DNA of 64,000 nucleotides from Adineta vaga (Eukaryota > Animalia > Rotifera), in assembly GCA_021613535.1 (NCBI GenBank), contig CP075492.1:14880001-14944000 (forward strand). The letters run 5' to 3'. The notes below the pieces were generated by a model. It did not search any database, was not told the origin of the DNA, and saw only the letters and a program-made list of their open reading frames with translations. The position numbers were made by a program, and so were the translations under genes. This document shows positions 36,999 to 51,900 of the stretch, one piece after another (the first letter of the stretch is position 1; the number at the start of each line of letters is the position of its first letter).

Positions 36999-39900
36999 TC
37001 ATTCAAAACCTAACATAGGTTCATCTCTTTGTATATCTTTTTCGGAAGGCGTTTCTGTTCCATTTCTTGATTGAGATAATTGAGAAATGGGCGACAATTC
37101 ACGAAAAGAATTCACTTCATTCTTATTTAAAATTGTTTTTTCTTGTTCTTGACGAATAACTACAGGATAGGGAATTCTTTCCATTTCTTCATTATCTAAA
37201 ACAAAACAAAAAAAAAAGAAATATTCAACTTTTCTTTTCTTTTTTCGAAAGAATCAATCGATGAAATCCTACCATTTTGTAAAACAATAAAGATCATTTG
37301 ATCGATTGGTTCATTGATTAGCAAATGAAATAAAGGTCGATCAAGACGAGATGAAGGTGTGGCATAGACTGGACATAGATGATCATCAATTTTTGATTCC
37401 GTTGCAAAAATTTCAATCGGTGGACATGGATTACTTGTTCCACTCGAAGATTTTATTCGATTATTATTTTCAATAATTCCATTAACAATAATTGCGCCAT
37501 TAAAAATCAAATGTCGACTATCGGATGAATATTTTTTCTCTTTCGCTGATGCCCATTGACCAATACATTGAATCTAAATCAACGAAAAATTCAAAGTGCA
37601 TATAGAATCATCAAGATTTACTTTATCTTGAGTAATATTTAGTTTTAAACCTTGAGAAAGACACATTAATTCCATTAAATGACGCGATCGTTGAATACAT
37701 TGTGAATCTAATTTTTCAACATCTTTCAAAGATTTCAACCACGAATAATATTCATTAAAACGATGTCGACATTCTAAACAAAAACGAAAGGTAAATTTTC
37801 GAGAATTTATTTCAAAACGATACGAACGATGGATAAATTGAACAATTGAAAGTGATTTCGGAGCTGATGAACAATTTGAAAACCATCGTGCTGGAATTTT
37901 ATTTCGTTGTAGATCAAATCCAATTGATTTATATTTGAGATTCTTTTCCAATAAGAAACTTCCATAAGCTAACATATCATCCATTTCATTAATATCTTTA
38001 CATATTACTTCAATTTGTTTATTAAAATAGATCATTTCCTAGAATGAAATCAAACATTACAATTTCATCTTCAAACAAAAAATAACTATACCTGATAAAG
38101 TCCAATACTGATTAAATCTTGTTTAAAATCGATGAGAGATGGTAGAGTTAATAGTGGTGGTAAACGTTCTTTTAATAGATGAAGATTATCATGAATTATT
38201 GAAACATGTAAATTTTGAAAGATCGTTTCGGATTTTTCATGCCATAATTTATTTAATTGATCAGTAAAAAGATCGAATTGATATTGAAGAGATTTTTGTT
38301 TGGATGGATAATCATTAAAATTGAAATTAAGTTTGGAATGTTTTGAAAGAAACCATTGAAGATTAAATTGACTTTCATTTTGTGGAATTTCAAATTGACA
38401 ATCATTGAATCGAAGTGAATTTTTTGATGAAATTTGTTGAAAAAGTTCATTCAAAAGTTTAGTTAACAATGGCGAATGAGTTGGATATGCCATTTCAATT
38501 AAATCTCGAAGAGAACCTTTGTCTTTATTAGTTCGAAGAAGATTTAAAACAAATTCTGGTAAATTTCTTGTCCATTGCAGTGTAAAATGATTTTGTTGGA
38601 AGATTTGTTGATAATAGACAAGAATTGCTTGAATAATAATTGTTCCGTAGATTATGGTCAATTCATCACCTTGACATTGACGAAGTATAGATGAACTATT
38701 CGATAACAATTGTCCAAGAATTTCTCGAAGGAAATTATTCGAATTTCGATATAAGAAATTCGATAGAGCAACTTTGCCTTGAATTAAACAATCATAATGA
38801 TGAAGATGTGCACCAAGATATATGAAATCAACCGATGGTTCTTTCGTAACAATAACATTATTTCGATTTTGACGACAAATTTGTTTGATTAACGTCGGAG
38901 CGGATGCAGATAGATGAATGTTTTTCAAATAAATGAAATCAGCTCCATCTCCTGAATCGAATATTGAATTAACAAATAGACAATCAATTTCGCGAACTTT
39001 TTTTCCTTTCGATTTCAAAAGATCTCCAAGATAACGATCAAAATCAATTTGATTCATTAGAAATTCTCCAGGTTGAATTGATTTCACTGGTATCGATGGT
39101 AAATTAACAATATGAACACCTTGAAAATCATTTTCATTGTTTTGAAGATTATTCAAATCGAACTGTTCAATGACATATTCTCGTAATGCAATGATAAAAT
39201 AATCCGGATGTAGAAGACGAAGAATAACTAATTTGTCTAATTGAGAAAGTTGTTTGCCATTTATATTTGGAAATGAATTTAACGATGGATTATCATAAAA
39301 ATTCTTCCATTGTTGATCATTTTTCAAAATTGTATCCGATACGTGATATAATAGATCTTCTTCACTAAATAAATTCGATAAAGAAATAAGATCAAACCAG
39401 ATCAGATCGGATTCTATCCATTTAGGTTTTTGACTTAATGTTGAAGGAGAGGATAGAGATTGTATATCGATTCTTGGTAGACCAGTTGCAAGAAATTCTA
39501 ATTGAAGAATTTCACTTCTACCATCACCTGTTTCAACAGCTGTTTTCAATAATAATTGAAGGAGAACGAGAAATTCTAAACGATGATCACTTGCTAATTG
39601 CCTGGAAGAAATAATAATCAATTGGTTAGATAGAATTATATTTTAAAAATACGAACGGAAGAATAATTTTAATAAATAATTGAATCATTTTCTTGAGATT
39701 CTCATCGATTTGTTTGTGATCAGGTACAGTTAATTCATCTTTTTTTAAATCAGTTGTTTCAATCAATGATGGAAGTTGAGGATATTCTTAAAAAGAACGA
39801 AGAAGAAAATAATCTTTGAATTAAGTTTAGAAAAAGACATACGTTTATCTTCGACATCTTTCCAAATATCTTTTTCATCAGTAGATTTCGTTGGATTCAA

Positions 39901-42900
39901 TGGAATGAATTGATCGAAGAGTGAGTAAATAATTTCAATTGAAAATTGATAATTTTTCGATGAAAGTAAATTAATTCGTTGTAAAACGGAATAAAGTAAT
40001 GCACCATGTTGTGCATATGGAAAGTAATAATCATGATAAAGTTCAATAGAATCTAAGATTTCATTACATTGATCAACAATTTGACCTAATACATATTTTC
40101 TTTCGATCGCGACGGATGTTAAAACAACTTCTTCATCTTTGAATTCATCACTAAAAACAACGCCCCATTAGTTTCAGATTTCATTCGAGAAAAGACCAAA
40201 AATTAACAAACCTAATTGTATTTGATTTAAGGAAAGCATCGATTATTTCAATTCTCTGTTGACATAAAAGTATCAAACGATAGATCGATAATTTCTTCTT
40301 ATATAAATTTGGTTGAATACGTTGAAAAGCTTGATGACGAAGATCATCTAATAAAGTTTCAACACTATATTGACAATTAATTGCTGTTGTTAATAAGGAT
40401 AAAGATGACGACACTTTCTCGAATGAATTACAATTTGTATGAAAATAGAAACGACACGAACGATTACAATATAAACGACGACCACAATAGAAAAGTAAAT
40501 TCGAATCTAAAGAACAAATCGAAGAATATTATTTCGTTTATTAAAAAAAAGAATATCAAACCATCATGTGCAATTGATTCTTCCGATGTCGCTTTCCATT
40601 GAGCAATTGGATAAAGAAGACTATCTAATGATTGACAATTCTTTACATAAATCTTTCCACCAGATAAAAAGCCTTGTTCAATTGCAACCATAACATCTTG
40701 TTTTGCCCTTTTAACAAACGATAATAAACTCATTCAAAAAGACAATTGAATATATATATATATATATATATACGTACTCATCATCAAAATGAATTGTTTG
40801 AACATTATAATATTTCTCCATCCATTGATCAGCTTGTCCAAATGGATCAATCAAAAGTGGTGAATATTCAATTGATTGAACAATAATCGTATGATTTTCC
40901 ATATCGGATGGTAATGTTCCTTGACTTAACCAATCGAGATATATTTGTTCACCTAATAAGAATTCAATTAAAGATGAAACCATTTGTCGATAATCATTTC
41001 CATTAGTCAATTTTTGTTCGTCATTTAACTAAAATCAAAGATTAAATTAAATCTTATAGAAAAATCAATTCATACCTGTGTTTGACTATCTTTAAGAGAA
41101 TCTAATTGCCAACGAATAGTTCGACCTTTGACACTTGAGATTTGATCAAATACAATTGTCATTCCTCGATCACGAATACATTTAATCCATTGCACAGTTA
41201 ACATTGAACGACGAAATCCATAAGCATATGGACCAAGATAGATAAGAAAAGCAGCAGCAATTGCAGTTGTACCAGTTAATGTTGATTGACGTTCAGTACT
41301 TGATTCAAATATTTTACTTGTTCGATCTAATTCTCGTGATAAAATCTAAAGAATCAAAACAAATAAATCATATTTCTTCTCTCTTTCTACGACAAACTTC
41401 GTTTAATTTCGATGCAATTTTCAATTGATTATCTTTCATTGCCACTGTTTCTTCTTGATCTTTTTTATCCACTGTTGCTTCTTCGAAATTTTGTGATAAA
41501 TCTTTCAAACGAGCTTCCAATGCCTTTATATTCATATAAATACATATAAACATACGTATGTCAATAAAGAATAACAAACTTACTTGACTTTTATTATCTA
41601 ATAGAATTAATCGTTGTTCTTGTTCTAATACATCATCTTGAATTTCTTTTAATTTCTGATGAATTGGTTTGACTTTTTTCAATAAAACTGTATGATATCT
41701 AAATTGATAGAAAAAGAAAAGAAAACTTTCAGAAAAAGAAATGAATTATATCGAATAACGAACTGTAAAACACGTTTAACCCATTTGTAAAGTATAAGAA
41801 TGGCATTGTAGTATGATGTATGAGTAAGAGTTGAATCTTCCGGTTGAACTCGATCAATAACTGAATTGATAAGATTAATTTGATCTTCAGTTAAATTAAT
41901 TTTATCAAATGTTTGAGTTTCTTCAATAAATCGATCAAGATTAGCTAATTGTCGTTTTGCACCTTTTTGCCATGTTAAATCAGCTGACGGTGATTTTACT
42001 ATTATGATTAAAGAAACATATTATACGAAAGAAAATCGAGATATACAAATTTACGAATCATAATTATAGCAGCTAATGTATTTTCAACTGGTGGTTCAGC
42101 TTTTGTAATTGATCGTAATTCTTGTAATGATTTCATATCGAGTCCTTCAATTAATTTTCTTGCATCTGTTGCAATAGCTAAACATTTATAGAGATTTTTT
42201 TCTTGAGATAATTCATATTCAGGTAATAAACGTTTTAATTGAACTGTTCGTCGTGTTTGAGATTTATGAGCACGAATTTGTTGTTCAGCTGTAACCATAT
42301 CTTGACCAATTTGAGTTAACATACGAATTGTACTCTGAATAGACGAGAGATTTTCTATGGAAATATGAATTAATCTTTCGTAAAAAGAATACTTTAAGTC
42401 GTTCTTCTAGAACAATTTTTTCATGTTGTAATTCTTTTTCTAATTTCTTCGATGTTTCATGTTGATATTGAATTTGTTCGAGAAGACGTTGAACATCGCG
42501 ATGATTTTCTAAAACACTCGCTGATTTTTCATTGATAATCTTCACAAATCTAAAACAAATCAATTTTCAATGAAAAAAACCGAACCAATAAAGAAAACAT
42601 GTCGATTTACTTTTCAACAAATTTTGTAAATGTATGATTATTAATATGTGGTAATTTATGTGTTTGATTCGCATTCGTTCGTCGAATAGAAAGATGCATT
42701 GAAGCAAGAAGATGAGCTGTATTTTCACGTGTATTTTTATCCAACCATTGAATATCTATTATATTTCATTTGATAAAAAATAAACTTCAAGATATTTTCA
42801 AAGTGAATAATTAAACCTTTCAAATGGTAGAGCGAATTTTGTACTAATGTTTGATTATCCCAATGTTGCCAATAGATCAATGTAATATTATTAAATATCG

Positions 42901-45900
42901 ATGGATGTTCCAAACATAATCTATTGTCAATTTCATTGATTAGAATAACGACACGAATATTTTCTTTCACATTTCTATAAAAATGTAAAGATTTTATTTG
43001 AAATCTTTATTCTAATTTTCAATTAGTTTTAACTAAGCATAATTGTGTAAGGAAAATAAGAGGTCAAACACAAACTGATAGAAAAGAAAAATTCGACATA
43101 CCTTACGATGCTGAAATGGTTGAGGAGTGAAGGGTAAAACATTGAATAAATTGAAAGAGAAAACAAAAGATTAAACATACCGAAGAAAGAAATCCCAAGC
43201 AATTGCTTTGGAATATGTTAAACCAGCTTGTTGAATTTGTGTTCGAACAGAATTAATCACTGTTGTTTCTTCTTGTAAAGAGAATAAACTTGAAATATCT
43301 TCAGTATTAATTAAATTCGTAATATTAATGATTAAATCTAAATGTTGAAAATCTTCTTCCGTGATTAAAATAACAATTTTTTCATTCTGAAAAAAGAAAC
43401 GTTTTGATTTACTATCAATAACAAAAACAATGTTAAAATGTACTCGAATTCCTGCATCAATATATATTTGTGTTAATTTTTGTTTAATAAATACTTTGAC
43501 TTGATCTTTAGGTGTTACCAATTGACTTGTTTCAAATGAAACGAATTGATAACCAACAATTGATGCAAATAAATGAATCAAACATGGATCAAGTACACCT
43601 TCGGCCATAATACAACAATGTCCATCAACTGTTTGTACTGTATGACATAAACGACAGAGAAGATCAACGTAACACTAAAATAAATTGAAATAAGAAGAGA
43701 AAAATGAGAGCAAAGAAGAAAAACGAACTGAATAAAGTGGAAAATTAATCTTTGGTTTTTCTTTATTATATTCATGAATTGCAGTGTGAACTAAAGTTTC
43801 AATTCGTTGACGATCATTAGCAAGTATATAATTATCTGTTAGATAATTTTGAGCATCACGAGATAAATTAGCTACAACCATTCCTAAATTAAATAAAGAT
43901 TTTTCTTTCTAATAGATAAACCTAAAACGAATCGACTTACCACTTTCAGTAACTTGTAAATTCGAAAATTGTTGATTATCAGCAAGTAAAACTTGTTGTT
44001 CATTGATCATATTCATAAAGTATTTTTTCACTATTGTTTTATATAATTGTTGATATCTTTGTTGATCAATTTGATCAAAAAGTCGTTTACCATAGAGCCA
44101 TTCACATTCATGATGCCATAATTCAAGTAAATCATCAATAGAACATTCCGGTGTTAAACTAACGCAAAGATTTCGAAATAATTGTGTTAATTGTTTCATA
44201 GAAAATACATAATGAATACGTTGATGATTGATTTGATACATTGTTCTCATACGTTCATTTAAATCCACTGTACCTTTAACAATTCGATCGATAATTGAAC
44301 GAAATTCTTCAATACGTTTAAATGTCGATAAACTTAATTTATCTTTTAAACCGAGAGTATTATTCAATGGATCATGTGATGATTGTTTTGCTGTTGATGC
44401 CCGACTTGAACTTTCATTTGTTTCTTTCAATTGAGTTTCTCCACTATCACCAATGAAATGTCGATTAACTAATTTAGAAAATATTGATACTAGATCCGAT
44501 TCATTTGGCATATCCATTTGAATAATATGAAAATGTTTTATTAAACGATTATATGTTGGTAAATATTGATTGGAATTTAATGTCACAACATATGTTATAT
44601 TATCAATATGTTGCCAATTGGAATTTACAGGTGAATAAATTCCATGAGAATCAATATGTTGACGTAATAATTCAACTAATGATTGAGACTCACAACGATC
44701 GATCTAAGATTTTGTTGAGAAAAAAAAATCGAAATTTCAGAAGAAAAAACAAGTTAACAAACCTTTGCAAGATTGAAATTATCAATAAAACAAAACATTT
44801 TTCGATTTCCTTTTGTTGTATAATAACAGGAATGTTTCCATTGTAGTTGTTCTTCAATTTTTTCATAAGCAAATAAAGCATCTGTTTCACTAAAAAGTAA
44901 TCTTATACAATTTACGATAGTTGTCTATATGAAAATACGAACGCATTGCAATTGATCGTAATATAGAAATCATCACTAATATCACCACCACATGTTGCTT
45001 TCAATCGATCATTAATCAAAGCACTTTTTCCAACACCACGATCTCCGATTAATAGAACAGGATGATCATTTTCTGTCATTGAACTAACTAAATGTGATAA
45101 TGCCTATAAAATAAAAGCAATTCATTCAATTTTCTTCTTTTCAAAGAAAAATCTAATCAAATATTCAACCATTGTGTAAGGTGTATGAACAAAAATATTA
45201 TTCGGAATTCCTTGATGTGGTGCTGGATTAAATGCCGGAATTGTATCAGACCAAAGAACAAATTGATGAGTATCAGTATCATACATCCAGTCGGTTAACT
45301 TAACAAAAAAGAAGATGTTATTTGGAATTGTAAAGAAACTTATCTTACAGATTTATCTTTGGGAATATTATGAAATGTCTGTCTCCACCAATTATCAAAA
45401 TGTCGTTTCGCTTCTCTGTCAATATGTGTTATAAATGACCATAGAAGAGTATATTCAACTAGTGAACGTAAATCAATTGATGAGCATTTCTCATTTTTAA
45501 GATAAGTTTTCAATAGAGTAATTGCCATTGATATTTTCGACATAAATGCAATTTTGACAGTTGGTTTATCTTTGATATCATATGATTCAATTCTTGAAAT
45601 ATAATCAATGAGAATCTTTTGTAATTCATCATAAATTTCATTATCTTTATTTTCATTTGAGAAAGTTGAATAGACTAAATCACGCCATGTCCAAATGGGT
45701 TCTTCAATATCAAGCATAACACATGACGAAAGAAATGATGGACTTAAATCATTTAGATTTTCTAGCTAAAATGAACAAATTTCGGATTATGTAATATGAG
45801 TTAATGAATTTGAAACTTTCTTACTTCCCAAAAGATATGTCCATGATTTAAATTAAGAACAAAATCTTCGAGTGTACTTAAATCATCTGGATTGAATCCA

Positions 45901-48900
45901 TCAAAATGAAGATAAAGATTTTCATCATGATTTTTAATCATATTTGGTAGAAGACCTTGTTGAAAAAGACCTTTTTCATTATTATATCTCGAAAACAGAA
46001 TGTCTGATGACCATAATTGAAGCATTAAATGATGATAAATTTGTTTGGGATGAAGAAATGATCTTGCTTTCATAAATATTTTAATCAAAAGACTTTTACC
46101 ATATTGACTTTTCCCAAGAATAAGAATTTTCGAATGATTTTCATTCAATTGATATAATTGAAATAATTTATTTAGAATATTTTCATTAATATTTATTTGA
46201 AATTGTTTCAAAGCTAATTCAAATGCATCAGATATATTCCAAATTTGTTGTCCAAAATGACGATTCGTTGTTGATAAACTATCGAATGGAATCGCTTTTG
46301 GTATTGTTCCTTTGAATGATTGATTTTTTGAAATAATCATTGATTGAAAGGCTTGTTTATCTTCATAATTAAAACATTTGGAAATTACTGTTAAACCATT
46401 GTATAAAGCTTGTTCTTCATCTTCTTGTGAATGATTGGTTATATAATTTTGAGCAAATTTTATTAACATTTTCATTATAGTTGGATTTAAATCCATTTTT
46501 GGAACGATAATACCTGAAATGAAGAATTGAACATTTCATCTTGTCATCGAAAGTGATGTATTACTTACCAAGACGAGAAAGATTTTCCGTTAACGATTGA
46601 TTGACTGTATAGGAAAGAAGATTGAGAAAACGTGTGGCAATATCATATGCAAAATGAAAACCAGATTGAATTAATTGAGCAATAAATACATGAGAATAAT
46701 CAGGTTGAGAAAGTGTAACAATACGATTATCAACAACAATATCACTTTTTAATAAAGAAAAATGTTCGATCGTTGATGGATAAATAGTCGATAGATAGTT
46801 TATTTCTTTATAATCAACTAAAGAAAATGTTCGTGACATGTATTCAAATGATTTGTTCTTTTTTAATATTGTCTCATATAAATTTGTTGATAATTCAATA
46901 AATAAATGTAGAACTCTTTGATTTAGTTTGTTTAAATTATTAAATAAGAATAAATTTCCTTGACAAAGTCCAGCAAATGCATTCAATATTTGACAATCAT
47001 CAATTGTTGAATTACATTGCAAACGAAATAGATTTCGACCAATATCTGATGAAAGATTTTCAACTAAATAATCACTCTAAAAAAGATGAAAATTATCCAT
47101 AAGCATTTACACAGAGAGAAAGAAAAAACGTACATTTTCATTGAGAATTAATGTTCCACCTGGTGATCCTAATGAAAGAAAAATCTTTCCCAGAAAATGA
47201 TGTTCTTTTGGAGTAAAGATTTCTTTATTTGCAATTAGATCGTATCCATAATCAAGAGATTTTTCCAAACACTAAAATCAAAATAAAAGTTCATATTTGA
47301 AAGAGATGAAATGTATCCTACTTGAATTGAAACTTGTTTCGTTTGTACATTTAAATGATATTTTAAAGTCAATTGCCATTCAAATGAATTGATATTTATT
47401 GGTAAACGTGTTAAATAGGATGACATCAATGTTAAAACATCTTCTAATTTACCAATCGATTGTTTTTTATTGATTAATACACATTCATCCGTAGAATTTT
47501 CTCGAATATGGTTGATTTCTTCTAATAAAGTTTTTGATAATGATATTAATTTCTATTGAAACAAAAAATAAACGGATGACTTTGTTTTCAAATATGAAAA
47601 ATTTACTTGTTCGAAATCTTTGCCTTTGGAACTTTGTTCAATTAATTGTGTAAATATGATTTTAAGTACGAGAATAATTGTTTGTCGTGAATATTTTATA
47701 CACCAATCAATAAAATTCAATTGATTATTTTCAGTTAAATCTAAATAAAGAAAAGAAAAACATTTTTTATTATTAGAATATCTTTTCAAGAAATAATTAC
47801 CTTTCATTGCTGTTTCAATTGAATTTCTAATCGTTTCTTTTACAGCTATCATTAATCTATCAATAAATGTTTCAATATTTCCGTCGAATGAAATCTTCTA
47901 CAAAACAACAAAAAGTTAAATACTCAATTTAAAGAAATTCTTATCAACAAACATTAATTAATAGAATTTTTTCGTCTTGATATTCAGTTATCAATCCAAT
48001 CACTTCATCTTTTACTTCTTCCGAAAAGATTAGATTTTTCAATCCAGGAATAACATAAGAAAATTTATCACTTAATAATCGAATGTTTGACCCTAGAAAA
48101 ACCAGAGCGAGCGAAGAATAGAATAAAATTCCCTTTCGAAACAAATTTATACCTGCTGTGATTAAATCAAATAATTGAATATCTGTAAGAAATGTATATC
48201 GTCCTCCTTTATTTTCATTAAATATTTGTTTTCGTAGTATATCTTGACATTTTTGTAATTGATTTGATAAAAATTTCAATTGTGGAAGAAGATCTTTTCA
48301 AAAATAAAAACGAATAAATAAACAAAAACATATTGAAAATGATTTTCTTTTACTTTTCTTTTGACAACATTTTAAAACATTATTATCATTGGCAACTGAT
48401 ATCATTAAACTACGAAATTCTCGATCAACTTTAAAAAATAAAATACTTAATTGTGTATCAAATTGTATAATTGGAAGAATTGAATCAAGTTTTAACCAAA
48501 GTTCTTGAACTGTATTCCATTGTTGTAAAACTTCTTCAATATGTTGTAGAATTGTTTGCCATTTAGAAATTTCATCAAGAAATGAACCAGCTGATTGATT
48601 TGTTTGAAGAATTTCTAAATTTATTTGATGATCTTCCATTTCGGCAAACATTTTATCCAAATTCGATAATAAATACATTTTCTCGGTCTAGAAATTTATT
48701 TTCAATTAAAGAATTCATTCAACTTTATTTCATTGTATAATCTTACATTAGGATCAATGTTGAGTAATGATTGAGATGTTGAAGCAATACTAGCACGTGG
48801 TCGTCGACTTCGTGATGATGGATTTCTTTCTGATTCTTTTCGTTCTTCACTTTTCTATTTTATTCAAACAAATCATCATAGTTCATTTCTTTCTCTTCCA

Positions 48901-51900
48901 ATCTTACGTGTTTAGTAGTTTGATAAGGTACCATTTGGAATGTTTTACTCAACCATATTTCTTCGTAACTTTTTAATGTTGATTCCAATTGAAAATCTCT
49001 TTCGGCACGTTTTACTGTTGCTCGTATTTCATCAGCATAATCTAAATTTTATTCATATCAATGTAAAAATTTGTAAACAAATCGAATCTAACCTTGAAAA
49101 TTTAGTGTAAATAATTTTCCAAATGTTAATTGTCGAAATGTATCACTATCCATCAAAGTATGTCTTCCAGTTAAACGAATTAATTGTTTCCAATGACGAG
49201 TACGTAATGCTGGATTTGATAAATCATCAAGTAATTGCGCACAAATCTTAATATATAAGAATAAGAATAATGGTTCGATTTAGAAATTTACAAAAACAAA
49301 ATCACTATTAATTTACTTTTATTCGTTTAATTTCTTCATCTGTAAACGTATAAACATCCCAAAGTCGAACAACTTTTGGAAGTGATTGCATTGTTTCATG
49401 ATATTTTTCGCAAGCAGATAGAACTTGTTTACTATCTAATTTCTGCCATTGTTCTTGTTTTATTTCATCGAAATAACGACGAATATCTCTAAAATAATCA
49501 ATACCGATGAGAGATACTTGTACATGTACTCATAGATCTCAAAAGACTAACCTAACTGTTTTCCAAGTTAGAGTTAAATTCTTTAACATTTCTTTATAAT
49601 TTGTTAATTTCTCAAAATCGACAATATTTGTATCTAATAAAGTTTGTAATTGTTTATAATCCGGTGCTTGTTTATCAAGATCTTTTTGTCGAGTAGAAAA
49701 TTCATGTAAGAATTGCTGAGCTTGAGTAAATGTTAATTGATGATGAAATAATGTTGATTGATTAATATCACTACTTAATTGATTAATTTGATTTTGAAAT
49801 GCTTTTAAATCACGAATAATAAATGTTGATTCTTCTTTTAATGTTGGTCCTAAACGTTGTTTTGCTTGCATAACTTTCGTTTTCAAATTTTGCCAACGAT
49901 TCATTATTGTTTGATATTTTTCATTTAAATTCAATTCATGTTCATTCGATGATGAATAGATTTTTAATAAGGATAATGTGCGACGCATTAATTCAAAACG
50001 AATTTCAACTTCATGTTGTTTACCAGAAACGGAATTAAATAGACGCATAATTTTCATGAAAGTTTCCGTGTCACGTTCAAGACCCGTGATTGATTCGATT
50101 TCAGGTTCCATTGCAATGAGAAAACCATCAACAACATCCAACGATTTACTTGTCTATATAAGAAGAAGAAGAACAAAAGAGTAGGTTTTTTTTCTTCGAA
50201 AGAGAATCAAAATTTCGCAAACCTGATTATGAAGATAATCACAAAATTTCCATAACCATTTATGTGCAAGACTTGTAAATGTTTGTTTAATTGGTTTTAA
50301 ATCAATTCGAATCCATTGAACATTCCAACAATCAGGTAATATTAATAAATCAGATAGACATGTCTGATAGATTTTCATTTCATTTTCAAATTCTTGTAAA
50401 AGTGGAATACGTTGAAGATCTTCTTTATCAATTGTAGCACAGAGAAACGAACGTTCAACTTGATCGATTAATTCTGCTGTCGGAATTGACGCCAGTGAAT
50501 AAACACTTCTACAAATCAACAAAGAAAATGATTTGATTCTCTTCAGACATAAATGGAAGTTATTTACGATGAAAAACAGTCTTATCACTTGTTTTTCAAT
50601 CTTATAGGTAGAATTCATTCTGTAGTAAACTTTTGGGGAAGGAAAGAGTCTGCTCATATTCAGTATATGAAACGACGATAAAGAATGAAACTTGTTAAGA
50701 ACTGAGAAGCTAAGAAAGGAACTTTGAATGTGTTTGATTTCGAGAATAAAATGACTAACCGTCTTCCAGCATCTTGTTCATTTAAGAAATTCTTCGGTGT
50801 TGCAAGACGATTTCTTTTATTTCCATGAAGAAACAATTGAAATGATTGATTCACTGGTATTTGATATAAAAATGCATATTGTGAAAAATCATTAAAAAAT
50901 TTCAATGATTCTCCGCAAGTTTCTTCAATTAATTGAGTAATTTTTTCACGTAATTCAATAATTAATGAATCTTGATTGATTATATGAGAAAATTTCGTTG
51001 TTCTATCATTTCCAAGTAATTCAATATATTCTCCTCGATTAATAAATGTATCAATCCATTCAAAAAGAATCTCTCCTAAACTCAATTCACTTGTCATAGG
51101 AATTAATGGTGGTGAAAATGATAATTCCGAATCATTTAATTGAACAACAATATTAATAACTTGATTGTTATCATCACTCATTGCCACTAACATATTTTTC
51201 ATACTGATTAAACTTGTTGCTTTGATTCCATTCAATACCAATGAATTTAAATAGTCAATAAAATTTAACCAAGAAGGAGACGATAAACTTACGCCAACAA
51301 CCTAGAACACAAAAACGAATGCTTCCATTTATAAAACTATTTCTGGAAAATTACTTTAGCAATATTTTCTGTCAATGCATGAATTTTATGTCCATCGATT
51401 GTTAATTTTTCATTAAATGCTACTTGAACATTTCTAAAAACGAGTTCATTAGAAATCAAAATTTTCTTTTGCAAAATATTTTTTTACTGATGTTTTTGAA
51501 GTGTTTGTTGAAATGTTAATTGTAAATTTTGTTGAGTTTCATCAAAAATATCTCCACGAAGATGAGACCAATTAAACGCTAATTCTTTAATTAATGAAAC
51601 ATCATGCTGAACAGTTTGAAGTGCAATACTAGCATCCATATTAATCAATCCATAGGCTTGTTCAATATAATCAGATAAATTTAAACTTTTCCAAGTTATT
51701 TCAATTAAACCACGATGAATAACCTGAAAAAGAATTGAAATTGAAGAGTTTATTTCTTGAAAAATTACAATAGAAATACTTCATCAATTCGATTTAATTT
51801 CGTTTCAAATAGATCGCGTTCTTCAACTTCCATATGTTCAATTAAATAATTATATTTTGTTGCAATTGCTCGAAGACGTTCAACATGTAAACTAAATGAA

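Noticed and set aside
50500-50700. Possible frameshift in the dynein tail
   Set aside because: The frame can be kept with a phase-2 GTTTTT donor or by read-through; no lesion is required
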